In this document: one piece after another, positions 1 to 23,964 of the stretch
How the letters are laid out: each line of letters starts with the position of its first letter
Numbering within the stretch: the stretch's first letter is position 1
Assembly (NCBI GenBank): GCA_040954595.2
Contig: CM082586.2
Coordinates: 5,008,509-5,072,508 of the forward strand
Direction of reading: 5' to 3'
DNA from: Balanoglossus misakiensis
Taxonomy: Eukaryota; Animalia; Hemichordata
Length of the DNA: 64,000 nucleotides
The notes under the pieces: model-generated
Seen by the model: the letters and a program-made list of their open reading frames with translations, nothing else
Database searches by the model: none
What the model was told of the DNA's origin: nothing
Position numbers and translations under genes: made by a program

Positions 1-3000
1 TTCTTTTTTGATCCTGAAAAAAATAATAGAAACCAAAATATGTCAGTGTCAGATGTGATGTGTAATTATTCCATTAGAAGACTCGATGCAATCAGCACCT
101 ACGCCAATCACAAAATAGAAGACACTGCAAACTGGTTAAAATAAAACACTGCTGCAGTATGTTAATTTTTTTCAAGGCAATTTTATAATTTAATAGACAT
201 CATGTGATTTTGCTTTTAGAATGAAATTTGTTCATTTAATTGTGAGATGTGCACATAAATACAAAAAATATTTCCCACTGACAGTGAAAGATTTGAATAA
301 GCAAGACACATGTATACTGGCAGTCATGTGTAATTGATTATTGAAGATGGCTGTATCTGAAAAATTATGGAATATCAGTCACTCTTTTACAGGTTTCTTA
401 ATTTTGCTGAAAATTAGGGTTTGGGGAGAACTTGTACAGGATCAGAGGTACTTAACCCGTTCCCAAGAAAATGACTGATTTCTGGGTTCAGACAAAGTTC
501 ACTATCTGTGACGTCAGATAACATAGATTCAATTTCCCAGAATACTGGGAATTTCCAGCTATGGAATGGGAGTTCTACTCACTCTGCAGGAAGAGAGCTA
601 ACCAGACGTGTACATTTTTATCTTGGTTTCCTTCACATGGAGGCCACCATCACTTGCAATAAAAAAAGGCTGTCTAGAAACTATGCATGCATCCACTGAA
701 TGCACAGTGGGCGGAGCCTGGTCTGCTCCGCCGGCCTGTCAATCACCCCCACATGTCTGCCAGAAGCTGTCCCGATTGGCTGTTGGCCGGGGATTTACAT
801 GTAGTTGCAGAGGCTTGAAGACAACACTGGAATTAACATGGCGGCCCAGGAAATGGGCGAATGAAATTCACTACTTCCACGGTTTTGTCGCGATCAATCA
901 CACAACCACTACTATTAACCATGTGGTGCCATCAAAAATAACACGACACACACAATAAAGATGTTAACTGAAAGTTGAAACCAATATTAACACCCTGCAT
1001 TTTCTCACAAATTATTGTGCAGATATGGACCACACCAAGGTCACACAGGTCGTGCTTTACTCTAGGGTTTTTGATCGCCACGACGACGACAATGCAGAAC
1101 TTAATATCGCTGGCATTGTGTAATGGAGGATTAAACCCTAAACCTTTTGTGCTCCTAATTTTTCTGACGCAGAGCAACCTCTACAGTGTGCACAGATTTG
1201 CAGACAAAATGAAAATGGGGAAATACTCCATTACAGTCTGTGTACCGTACATAATCATGCAGTGTGCCCTTAACAGAACTGATAGCTTTGAGTTATCAAT
1301 GCTGACATGGGCACCCAAGATTTTCACACACAAATGTCTGACATCAACTGTGTTATCTGCCTGAACTGAATTTAGTGACTTATTGACATCTGAAACAGTG
1401 AGACATTCAGTGTCTGACTTCTCATGCTAAACTGTTCTGTTTTGAAAATTTCTGAAGATTTATGAAGTGGTCAGTCTGTGATGGCAGATGGAATTTTCTC
1501 ATGTGACCAGTTAAACTGGGAAATGTACCTCTTCCGTCTCCCTGGGGGCCAATATTTTCCAGCGGCACTTTTGGATACATGGGCATGTCCCGTATTCCAT
1601 AGTGATGTGTGTCATATTAGAAATGATGACTTGTCCATTATGGAATATGATCTGATTATACAATTGTGCTTGGAATATACTTCTAAGTTTGACATAAATA
1701 TGGATGTAGATATCAACTCAAAAGCTAAGTTTGGTGCATGTTTTAGATAGATATCGATCACGAAATCAGACAATCAATGAAATTCATGTTGATCCTGACA
1801 ATACCACCCACCCTTGGAAATCCTTTGTGAGTAAACGGCTCCCCAGTGGATGGGATGGTCGGATGAGCTGTACCACTGGGAATAGAGGGGAGAGTAGGTT
1901 GAAGTTCACATGATGGCTGTCAGACACCCACCCACCTAAGGTATGGCATCAAGACCATCTGTAATGGTTAGCATTGAAGATCTGGAAGTTGTATGCGGGC
2001 AGTCAATTGCCAATATTTCAATCATAAATTGCTGTAAGTAATTTGATTCCAATGTGAGTGTATATGCCTGCAGTATGGAATTACTAGGAACCTTAACAAC
2101 CAGAAATGGTCTTTAAACTTTCATACAGATCATGACCATATTTCAAGATCCCTCATAGTCATTAAATGATTAATATTTTATTACAGTCAGACAGACAGAC
2201 AGACAGACGACAAACAAGCCATGTTTATCATCTTGTGCCATGTACTGTCTGCAGAGTGTTTAATGGAGGTGTGTGCGCTCCACTTTGTAAAAAGCTTCAC
2301 ACAAAAAGAATACAAATTTGAAGATTTGCATATGAGTTGAAAATGACCCCTCCACGCCTCAGCTTAGACTGCAATGAATGAAGCCTCATTTAAACCATCA
2401 TTTTGTGTCGAAAAAATGTCTCAGCACTGTCTCTGGTTCAGCACTGTGCGATCATAGGAAGCACCAGAAATTCTACGTTTACCTGAGTTCAACTTTAAGC
2501 CACACTCCAATTTGGCATAATTTCTGGAACTTGGGCTTTTTCTAAAGGACAACATGGTGGACTTCAGATACACATACATGGATATATCTCGACTGGGTGG
2601 GGCCAACTCGCACAACAAAGGCCACCTGCCAATCATTGGGGGGTCCCTGGATTCTGATTGGCTGGAATGAACCAGGCCATGGCTGCTTTGCCTTATATGG
2701 CAAACTGTGCGAACGGAGACATGGATCTGTCTCGAACTGGCACTGAGAACCACTGAATGAGAAAAATATAACAAAAATTTACACCACGGAGAGACAGTCA
2801 TGCCACCACTATATCCCCCGAAATCTTCAATTGATGAAATTTTCCAAATTAGAAAAATCACCATGGATTGAAATCGACAAAACGGGAGCCATGTTTATGT
2901 CAACAAAAGCTGGGACCAGCCAGTACAGCACAGTGACATTCAAAACGGTTCCTCAAAGTACAGAATTTATGACAATTGCCAAAATTTTGCAAATTGGCAA

Positions 3001-4098
3001 GACTGTTATATCGCCACGTCCCAGTTCAATCAATGGTACAAAAATGTCAAATTATTTCTAACAATTCCCTCTGGCAGATTTTCTAGTGTGACATCAAAAG
3101 AATGTAAATGTACAGAGATAATAAATTCACGAGTTCGAGCAGAAGACCTCAAGTACACCCTGACATGAGAGAATGTTATATCAAAATTCTATATACGCCA
3201 GTAATTGTTTTTCAATTTCACTGAACTTTAGCTAAAAACATTTCGCATTAATGACGAAGGATGGAATTCTCAAACTGACTAAATCAGTCCACAAACCTTC
3301 ACTGTTATACCGGGAGCACACAACATGAGAGACACAGGTAAATTACTGCAACCAGCATTGAACAAATTAAAACAAAGACCCTATACTGCAATTTATCAAT
3401 TCTTCTTGCAATATTCTCCACAACTACCTAGCGTGTGGTACCCCTGGGTACTTCACAAACCTCTACCAGCCTCAGCTGTCAGAAATGGCACAACTCTCAT
3501 ATATTTTCACAATCACTGTATTGTACCATTTTCCCCCCAGATGAATACTGGTGTTCATACCAACATAGAACATTTCAAATGCCAGCAAAATCCATTTTTT
3601 TTAATTTAAAGGCTTAATTTCAAAGAACTGTATTTATTTCCATGGAAATCACATTCAATCAAGAGAATGACCCTTCACATCTGCAACAAAATAATTATTC
3701 CAAAACAGGAAGAGGAAGTTTAAAAGCACTACACCCAGATCATAAATTTCGAGTTTTAATTCTTTTAGCAATGCATGGGATAACAGTTAACACAGATTTT
3801 TACAGAAAAAAAAACTGATTACTAAGGCCAGATCATTTTCAAGCAACTTCAGTGGTTAGTACAGGTGGTTATAAGAAAGCAAGGTTTCAGGATAGCAGGA
3901 CAGACCAAGAATTATTTGAAGTCACAAATTCTTAAATAGGACATTACAACACACTCTGCGAGGAGAATTAAAGCAATTATCGCAAAATCAGCAAATCTGG
4001 CAAACTAGTGTAAAGACAGAAAAAGGAAAGAGCGAGTCAAAATTATAATCACCACCACCACCCCAGCAAAAAAAATCTGAACACAACTGTGGACCTAC

Positions 4099-4190
4099 CC
4101 CGCCGTTGCTCTTGGACGTTTGCGCAGAGCAAGTGGAATATCCATGTCTTTAGGCGGCACACCACTTGAACTTTGACCCTCTGTCGCCAT
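4099..4190 (-). CDS. First coding exon of a minus-strand gene continuing off the left edge; probable NCOA/SRC (p160) coactivator
   Basis: Exon 4220-4099 has a good acceptor (tcttatgtttacag), Kozak-like gccATGg and donor GG|gtaggt. It encodes MATEGQSSSGVPPKDMDIPLALRKRPRATAG, ending in phase 2. The short exon with a basic RKR cluster resembles the NCOA N-terminus (NCOA3 DPLASDSRKRK), and NCOA2 neighbours TRAM1/PRDM14 in vertebrates. No bHLH exon is in the window, so the identity is inferred. Confidence 0.5.
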
Positions 4191-5944
4191 GGCAACCCCT
4201 CAGAACTCGCATGCAAGTTACTGTAAACATAAGATGACAGAAAAGATTTTATTTCTACCCAGTTAATTGTGATGTGTAATAAACTTCACTCTCAACCCAC
4301 CACCATCTATATTAATCTTTGTCAAATTATTATTTACTAATTATCATTATTATTATTTTTGTTGTAGTTGTTGTTGTCAAAAGACTGATAAAGGTAAGAT
4401 TTTAGATCATGAATGTTGTCTATGTGTGAATCATGCATGTTCCTTGAGGTGCCACAATGATCACTGTGTTTTACATGAAGCTAGTCTATTTCATGTCTGC
4501 ATCAGTGTATGCTTGGGCACTTGTCCAGTTAGGTTGTATATAATTCACACTATCACAGGTATGGGATGGCGACACAGAAAGATCTCAAGATGAAGTTTCA
4601 CACATCGGGCACCAGTTTCAATCCGACACATACTAGGCGTACAACCTCGCCACGTTTTGCTGTGAGACTGCGTTTTCAGGTGACCTTCAACCTCTTTGCA
4701 AAGTCGGCCATCTTGGTACATGCATCAGCGCAGTGGTGCCACAGAGGCAGGAATGTTTCTGTATAATAGCGTAACAGACCCAACGGAGACTTCAGACCAG
4801 ACAAAAACCTGTCGACATGGCAACACTATCTTCGGCAGAATAGACAAAATGAGTGTTCAACTGTTGTCAATTTTCAGCTTTCTATTAGACTAGAATTAGC
4901 ACAAGGAAGTTAACATTTTTGTCAGCTCGATGGTGAAACAGGAAAAAACTAACTTATTGCTCCTGGATCTTGGGAATGTAGTCCACTGATCTTACAGTGT
5001 CAGCTTTACTCAAAGATGGCCGCAGGTCTATACAGGCTGAAAGTACATAAGTCACACAATCCTCAGAGATCAAACACCAAGTGTGCCCATGAATTCTTAC
5101 CATGTGATGTCATACCCACACAACAAATTACAGATGATGTACACCACGTACTGTATGGTAGACATAATGCAATCCAAGATGACCTCCTTAATTTACTTCG
5201 ACTAAGTACAGTCAATGTGCTTAATCCAGAAGTGGGGCAAATATTAAAGGCCAGTTGATTATTGGCAGTATGAAAATGTAGAGGAAGGTGAAAAAGTGAC
5301 GATGGTCATGTGACTCGACAGGGGGTCTTGCATACAGAGGATGAGTGATATCATAGAAGTTTGCTTTTTTTTCACCTCCATGGTGATTTGACCTGGGAAA
5401 TCAATTAAGTCGCAGGCTAGGCTAGATATGTCAAAAAAGTTATAAAACTGTGTGTGCATAGGGTACTACATCATAAAAGTTTATGATTTACAATTTCATA
5501 AAAACAAACAATAAAACATGCAAGCTTTCAATGTGTATCATGTTTTATCTACTGCATTGTGTTCCGTTGAATGTGTGTTTTTGCTTGTCATGACACAGGC
5601 AGAATTAGTCTCTACAGTTTGTTTACCAATACTGGCAGAATAATTCCCTGGTGAAGAATATAAGTCATGATGATGAGTGTACCTTATCCCTGGAACATTT
5701 GACCTTGCCGTTAGGTCACAAAGTGGTTTAGAAGCCTGTATACAAGCTTCTCCGCTAGCTAACCATCATTGGGAGATTAAAGCTTGTCACACTTACCGGA
5801 ATTACTCTCGGTTTTACACCAGATCCAGCATTTTAACTGGAAATTCACCAGCAAACTGTGTGTGTGTGCTCTTCTCCAGAAAGAGCACCATCAATCAGTA
5901 TGTAAATTTCTCACTGGTAGGGATGATGTGATTGGCCACCTTAC

Positions 5945-10932
<4,988 letters not shown>

Positions 10933-12916
10933 ACATCGTGAAAAAAGACGATGTGGTGAATAAAGCACTGAGGTGTATATATTCAGTTGATCATATAACA
11001 TGTTGTGTTCATTTTATGAAGATTTTCAACTTGGCAGGTCATAGTTGGTACTGGTTGTTTTTCAACTACATGGCTGTGTCTGCATTTAGAAAAATTAAAG
11101 GTAATTGGTCTTCAGAAAAAAAGCACCAACTTTCAAATGGACCTGTCAGTTTTTATAACGTGTCTGCTCTCCTACTGTTGGCAAGGAATTAGTTCTTTTA
11201 TTTTGATTGAAAGTTCATTAATGTTTTATGCAGTAAATCTTTCTCAATTTATTTCGTGATTATGACCCCTGTAATTGTCATAGTGCCCTCTTGGTGGGAT
11301 TTTTTCTGATATCAGTTACAACGCCCTCTTGAGTTAGAACTCCACTTTTATGGATTTCAGGCTTTAGTGATGTTCTTGTAAGTATGAAGAATTCACTGAA
11401 ATGTAATGTTAAAAAAATGCTATTTTGGATACTTGTCGTTACATTGATCTTTGTCATGTTATTACTCTTTCATTAATTTCTAAATAGAAGTCTAGAAAAT
11501 GTTTCTTAGAGCTTGGTATGTTCCAAGTTTGCTACAATGGTACAGTAGAAAGCTAGATGAACTTAGATGCTTAGAGGAAAGATAATTTGCGAACCAGTAT
11601 GTCTCTGAAATGAAGCGAGAGAAGTGATCTTTTTGCACACAAAATTTGAACATTTTATCAGTATATTAAAAGTTATATATGTGTGTCATTCAAGTAAGGG
11701 TAGTGGTCTGTTTAGGTAGCTCTTAATAAAGTTAGTATTTGCTGTGTAGATTTCATGTATTGGTTGTTTGTTTCTCAATACTTTTCTAATTTGGGGGAAA
11801 GCCAAGTGTATACAGAGAGTTACAGTATTTTCTGCAATAACAAAATAACATTTGACATTGCGGTTTAATTTTTCCTGAAGCCTAATGAAGGATTTTCTCT
11901 GGAAGTTGTGAAATAATTTCACGTCAATGAACTTTGGCCATGGGGGTCACACTTACAACTAACATTGATCAATAAGCAACACCGTGGTGCTTGGTGATAT
12001 GAGATATTTTTGCATGTACGTAACTGTGGCTGTCTGCATATTTTATGTGCCATCAAGTGTTTGATCCAGATGAAGCCAGCAGTGGTATCAAATTTATATT
12101 TTTACAAAAAATACGTAAATATATTCATGTTTGCCGAGAGCTTTGATGATGAGAGCAGTGCATTCTGGGATGCCCGCTGTTGTCAGGTTGCAAGTTCTAG
12201 TTATAATTATCAGTATACACACTTCATCAACCTGAACTGTAACCATTTTTTCCCAAAATGCTTCATTTATTGCACTCTTTCAGAGCTCGGAAAAGAAACA
12301 TTCATTAAAAGCAAAAATAAACTTCAGAGTCAAGCTCTAAAACCTTTCTTAGCAACATGGCGCAATCATATGGAACAACAGTAGCTGTTTTTAAAGTTTA
12401 CAGAAAAGATCCTTTGAACAATTTGAATTTTGAGGTTTCATCGTGTATTTCTCATTGTCATGATATGGTCAAATAAAGTGTAGTATTGTAGTTAGTCTAC
12501 TTATTGTGTGAGGTCTTTTGTTCTCATTGTACGACACTTGGCACATCTATCAGAAAAAAATGTCTACATTTTTCTGCATTACACCCTTGCATAAAAAATT
12601 AAGGTCAAGGTGAGATAAATTCTGGTAAAAAAACTATAAACCACAACAAATCGGAAGATAATAGGTATAAGATTTTTGACAATTATATTAAGCAAATATA
12701 TAAATTTAATAAAAATTGTTTCTATAAATAAATCTCTGATTACTCTTATGGGTCAAACCCATTTAAATTAATTACTGACACATTATGCCAATATTCAAAT
12801 TGCACGTAATCCTAGTTTTTTGCAGGTTTTAAAAGTTTATCATAAGATATGGTTTCATAATGTAAAAATATTAGACACTAAATTGCATAGGTTCGTCACA
12901 GCATTTGTGCCGTGGA

Positions 12917-13042
12917 TTAGCACCAATTATTAATAATTATTAATAATTAATAATCGATACTGGGATATCAATTATTTATAATTGATATAAATAATCAATT
13001 ATCAATTATTAGCACCAATTATTAATAATCGATACTGGGATA
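12917..13042. repeat. AT-rich local duplication
   Basis: ttagcaccaattattaataa...tcgatactgggata occurs twice (~12917-12968 and ~13009-13042). Confidence 0.55.
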
Positions 13043-13697
13043 CATTTTTACAAAATGTAAAACGCCGTATTTTTTAATTACACAACAGAGTAAAGACTAT
13101 CTTGCATGTTTTCTCTCCAAAGGCTGCAGCAATAAATTTGGTTAAACCCACGAATTTTTCATCTATCGTCGGTTAATTTCTGACTTGCGTTTGTTGCTGT
13201 TTAAAGTTTAGTCACAGACAGCAAGAAGCAACTATGTCTTTATATTTTTGTGAAATTGTATGAGATGATCAAACTACCTGAGCTAATTTTTTGTTGATTT
13301 TAGAGTGAAGAAACTTTAGAAAGATTATAAGTAATAACAGTCGGCCCTGTTAGCAAAAGAGCGCAACTTTATACCACTGGTTGCGATTCACGCGAGGCTG
13401 GTGCGTGGTCGAAGTATAAATATACCCACAAAACTCTTCAAAAGTTATAAATTTTGGAATTGATTTATAAATGTTTAGTTCGGACGTGTTATTCTACGAG
13501 CGTGGCAAGTGTGGCTTTTTGTATTTAAAAACGATAACTTAAAAAATCCGTCACGTTTGAAGTAATTAAAAAAAATATGTGAAATTTGCTGCGCATCCGT
13601 AGCCCAATAATTACTGCTTCCCGACCGGTTGTCTGACAACTGACGGAGTTGTAATATTTTAACAGGCAGCAAATACTAAGAAACTACCAAGTTTAGT

Positions 13698-19610
<5,913 letters not shown>

Positions 19611-21340
19611 TTCTCCAAAACCCAGTCCGTCACACTCCCTCTTTCAACTTTGATCTACCAATATCTTCACGTCTTCAACAGAAAACTTCCATGGGTCGCC
19701 AATTAACCTCCCTCGTGGTGATGAATGACACCACCTGCTCTCGAACACACCACACCGTTCAGCACCAACCTTCGTTCACGTGTTTCCTACAATAAACGCA
19801 TATTTTGCATAGTTAATTTACTACTCACCGCTGTAGGCAAAAGATTCATAGATGCATTAACATACTTGAGTTACTGCGTATTGACAAATCTAAACAAACA
19901 ACAGGTTCGTAGGGGAAGGCATAAGTTAGTATAGACGTAGTTCAGTGGTCAGTGGTCACTGTTTGGCTGTAGAGTCAGAATAATTCTCAAGTACAATTGT
20001 CTGAGTGAATGACCATGCCACTACATATATGACCATGGGAAATATGACATTGCTCAGTTGCTGTCAATGTCAAATTTAACGTTGGAAATACAATAATTGA
20101 CAATACAATGATTTATAATGATTTAATATTGATGCGACGATTGAAATACGAGGCAATTATTGACCCGATCAAAAATGATCACAAACCGCGATTAAACTGA
20201 CATGCCTTGCAGGTCATATTATTAAAACAAACTACATGTAATATTCAACCAGTGGTTCAATTTCGTTAATTACTTCTACCAAGTACCTCTGTCGGTAGGC
20301 AGAGACCTGTTTTAATCAATCACTAACTGACCCCCGCTACCCCCGAAAAAACTGTGTAAATGGGACAATATTCTTGCGATAAGTTTTACCACTGTAGAAA
20401 TTTGTGATCACCGTATAGAGAATAAATTGGTTAAAATGCCAGATCTCAAATCCAATCTTAACTGTGGAAACATCTTTAATATCAAGGACACACTCGGGAT
20501 ACGGGAAAAAAATAAAGCCTTACCTGTTATGTAAGACAACTTGGATATTTCTGAGACGATTTACCCAAAAAGCGGTGGTGATATCGGGATCCACGTGGTT
20601 TTGTGATGTGCGGCGAATTAAGTGCGTTTATCGTCTACTAAAACTGCCATTTGGAAAGTGCGTGAATAACCATCGGTACCAGTTTATACCAGAATGTCGT
20701 GCTAATAAAATGGCGGACTTTACTGAAAGCCACTATGCGGTATACATTGTTCAATTTTTAATCAGTGACACACATCAAAATGCTTGGCGGTTCGTTTGCA
20801 GAGTGGACCGCCGTCTACTTATCTGGGGGTAAAGTTCGACCGCCTGCACTATTTGGAGTGACCATTCAAAACACACAGCAGCCATTAATATCCGAGTTAC
20901 TGAAACCACGACTGCGCAGTAACATGGTCCACGCACCGCGTTTGCTTATTCAATATAGGACTACAAGTAAAACATTAAAATTTAAAAGGAAACATGTATG
21001 CTTAGGCAATTACATTTCCTCTTTTTTCAGTACACGTGCGATCAAATTGTTGAATTTTGTTCGAAACTGCTTCCCTTTCCCGTAAAATTGGGAGAAGTCT
21101 TCTCGTCGGTTCAGAGTCAGATATTAAACGAGCACGTATCCAAGCGCACATGCAGTGCTTTGATTAAACACAAGCTCCTCCTATCGTCAGCTGAAAATGA
21201 CGACTGGAAAGCGCCACTCTGTACAAGGACGCTTCTATCCTCGGCAAGACAGAGTTACACTTATCTAGCGTCGTCTTTGCCATATACGCAACATAAATTG
21301 TGTCACTGAAATGAGACCAAGTCAGTACAGCGTGGAGCTC

Positions 21341-21344
<4 letters not shown>

Positions 21345-21378
<34 letters not shown>

Positions 21379-21379
21379 A

Positions 21380-21427
<48 letters not shown>

Positions 21428-21431
21428 GAGA
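21345..21431. repeat. (GA)n microsatellite
   Basis: Direct reading. Confidence 0.97.
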
Positions 21432-23072
21432 TAATATGTGCAACTTTCAAAGAAAAAACATGTCAGTCAACAAAAGTTGTTATAAAAGTTGTAGATTTAC
21501 CCTGTCATATCTCTTTCTCTGCCCTCAGAGCTGGCAAACAAGAATTTTAAAGAAGGCAGACTTATTGTAATAATTGAAAATATGAAAATGATCAATCAGT
21601 CTGCGAAGAATGAGTAAAGGAACAAATAACACACATACAAAAACGTCGTCACCCCCATTGGCTGAACCCTTGATTACATAATTAAACGTCATCCCTAAGC
21701 CTTTGTTGCAGGCTTTGCGAGCGCGTATCTCTGTCGCCGTACAAAGTGGAATCGAGATGTCGTCCCATGAATGATCTTGTTAATTTCTTTCGAAATGGAG
21801 AATAATCCGAGTCGAGTTTCAGTTCCAGAAAGAAGATAAACCTTGATCGCGGTTGCGGCGGCGGGCATCTTCTGTCGTTCGAGAACAGGTAGGTAGTGAT
21901 ATTGTTGTACTAGGATATCTTGAGGAACGTTACAAGATTGTTTTCCCACACAAACACCTTAATTCGCCTTCCAAGGAGGGTTTCTTTGGAATTGTGACAC
22001 ACAGGGTACGATTATCATTGAGAACAAAATTGTCCATATTCCCACTTTACCGAATTTGATAGCACGCCTTTTGGCCGGACATGCTTTGAGTGCTTTAAAA
22101 ATTCTGCGCGCGCATCATACAGGGAGCGCATGATCGGTAAACCGAGAAAAAAAACGCCAGATAAAACATCTCCTCGATGAGAACCCGTCGAAACACTTTC
22201 AAGAAAAACAAAAACTCCCGTGGGAAATGTCATCGAATTCAAAATTACTGGTTTTGAGTTATGTCCAATTGCTGGTTATAGGTCGCGTAATCTTTTGCTC
22301 AACATATGAACAAGTGTATTTGATAAACATCTTAGTGGTTATATAAACACACGTGGAAATATTTGCAACAAAAGCCAGTTGTATGACATGCTGACATCGT
22401 CTATATTTATGTAAACCTACAACTTTTATGAAGTAAAGAAAAGTAGAAACGTGTGTGTTTGTTGACCGTTTATGGAATTCATCAAAAGTACAGTTTAAGT
22501 GTAACAAATGAAATAAAATATTTGCACATGAAACTGTTGGAAATGCTGGAATAATGACAAATAATTAGTTGTTGATTTTCATCATATTCTAGTATATATT
22601 TGCTACCATGGGTACTGCTTCTGTCCTGGGGTCCCTTGCGACCTTGAGCAAGCGCAGTGCCGGCGACTTTCCCCTTTAACCTTACCGGCTCGAAACTCAT
22701 ACTTCTCTGTACAGGTGTTCTTGTGTAACACGAGTTATTCAACATGCACTGCACAACATAGCACTGTAGTAAACCTCGTCGCATATGATTGGCTTGATGA
22801 AGAAGATACCGGTTTGTTTACACAACTGGGACCGTGACAGTTATACAAATCGCCCCTCAAAGATTGTAAAGATAGAACAGGCGAAATTAAGAAATTACAA
22901 TGGGAGGAATTTCAAGACACGGTGTCGTGTCTATAAGCACTTTTCAGTGATCGCCTTGGTTATATCATAGACAGGTTATATCCAAGCTTATGTGGCAAGC
23001 AACAACAACAACAACAACAACAACACACAAACATTAACTTGAGAAAATTCGTAAAAGTTTTGGAAAACACTT

Positions 23073-23272
23073 ATAATAATATAATAAATAATAATAATTT
23101 ATTTGTATAGCGTCAGTATCCACAAAAAAAAATGTGATCAATGACGCTTAAAGCAAAAGTACAATACAACAAATGGCTAAAAAACAGATTTAAAAAGTAA
23201 AGTTTTAACATTTGATTTAAAAACAGATAAGTCTGGTGCCTGGCGAATGGTGAGTGGAAGATTATTCCAAAG
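23073..23272 (-). mobile_element. 3' end fragment of an L2/CR1-type LINE
   Basis: Minus frame LWNNLPLTIRQAPDLSVFKSNVKTLLFK matches the typical LINE ORF2 end, followed by a stem-loop-like 3' tail and (TAT)n. Confidence 0.75.
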
Positions 23273-23964
23273 AATCATCACATATCCCTAAGCAAGCTGT
23301 TCTTGTAATAACCTTATAAAGATAAGATGTCACCCTCCTCAATCTCGGAAAGAAACGGAATGAGACGCCAGAATGTGATGCATTAGAAAAGAATAGCTTT
23401 TAACCCGAATTCCAATCGTATCTAGTTCTCTAGCGTCGCATCGATATAAGATAAGCTGCCTCCACTGATTACGTCATCGCGCGTGAGCTGACTGAAGGTC
23501 GGACACTGATATAAATCTGATAAAGACAATTTTCTGGGATCGATTTGCGTACTTTTGTGGGAAAGCCAGCAGGGGAATTGCGATAATCTTGAACAACCGA
23601 GTGGGTGATTTTAACTATCGTCACCAACTAGTATAAAATAGATTTCACATTGGGTAATTTTGCTAGACGCGTGCTTCCCGTCTCCATGATCCGATGGCGT
23701 AAGGTATGTTACCGATGCTTTATTTTGAAAATACGGTACTAGGTTCATAATTGTGCGTCAATTTTTCACAAATAAAACCTCATCCAGTTTTTCGCACATA
23801 AAATCATTTGTACGTTATACAAGAATCATTTTTTTCAAACAGTGGATTTTTTTTCATGATTTCAGGGTATACCTAAAGGACGAAAAGAAATATTCCAACG
23901 AAAAATCTTTCGCCCAATAATCATCCGAACTCACTGCTGTTGAGCAATTTCACTTGACGACGAG

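Noticed and set aside
1936-1958. Possible minus-strand microexon (cag|atggtc...ttag|gtgggt)
   Set aside because: Introduces a stop in the incoming phase and has no other support
508-3617. Short ORFs in the first 4 kb
   Set aside because: No recognisable motifs or consistent splice structure; likely intronic
21311-21550. RE-rich ORF
   Set aside because: Translation of the (GA)n microsatellite
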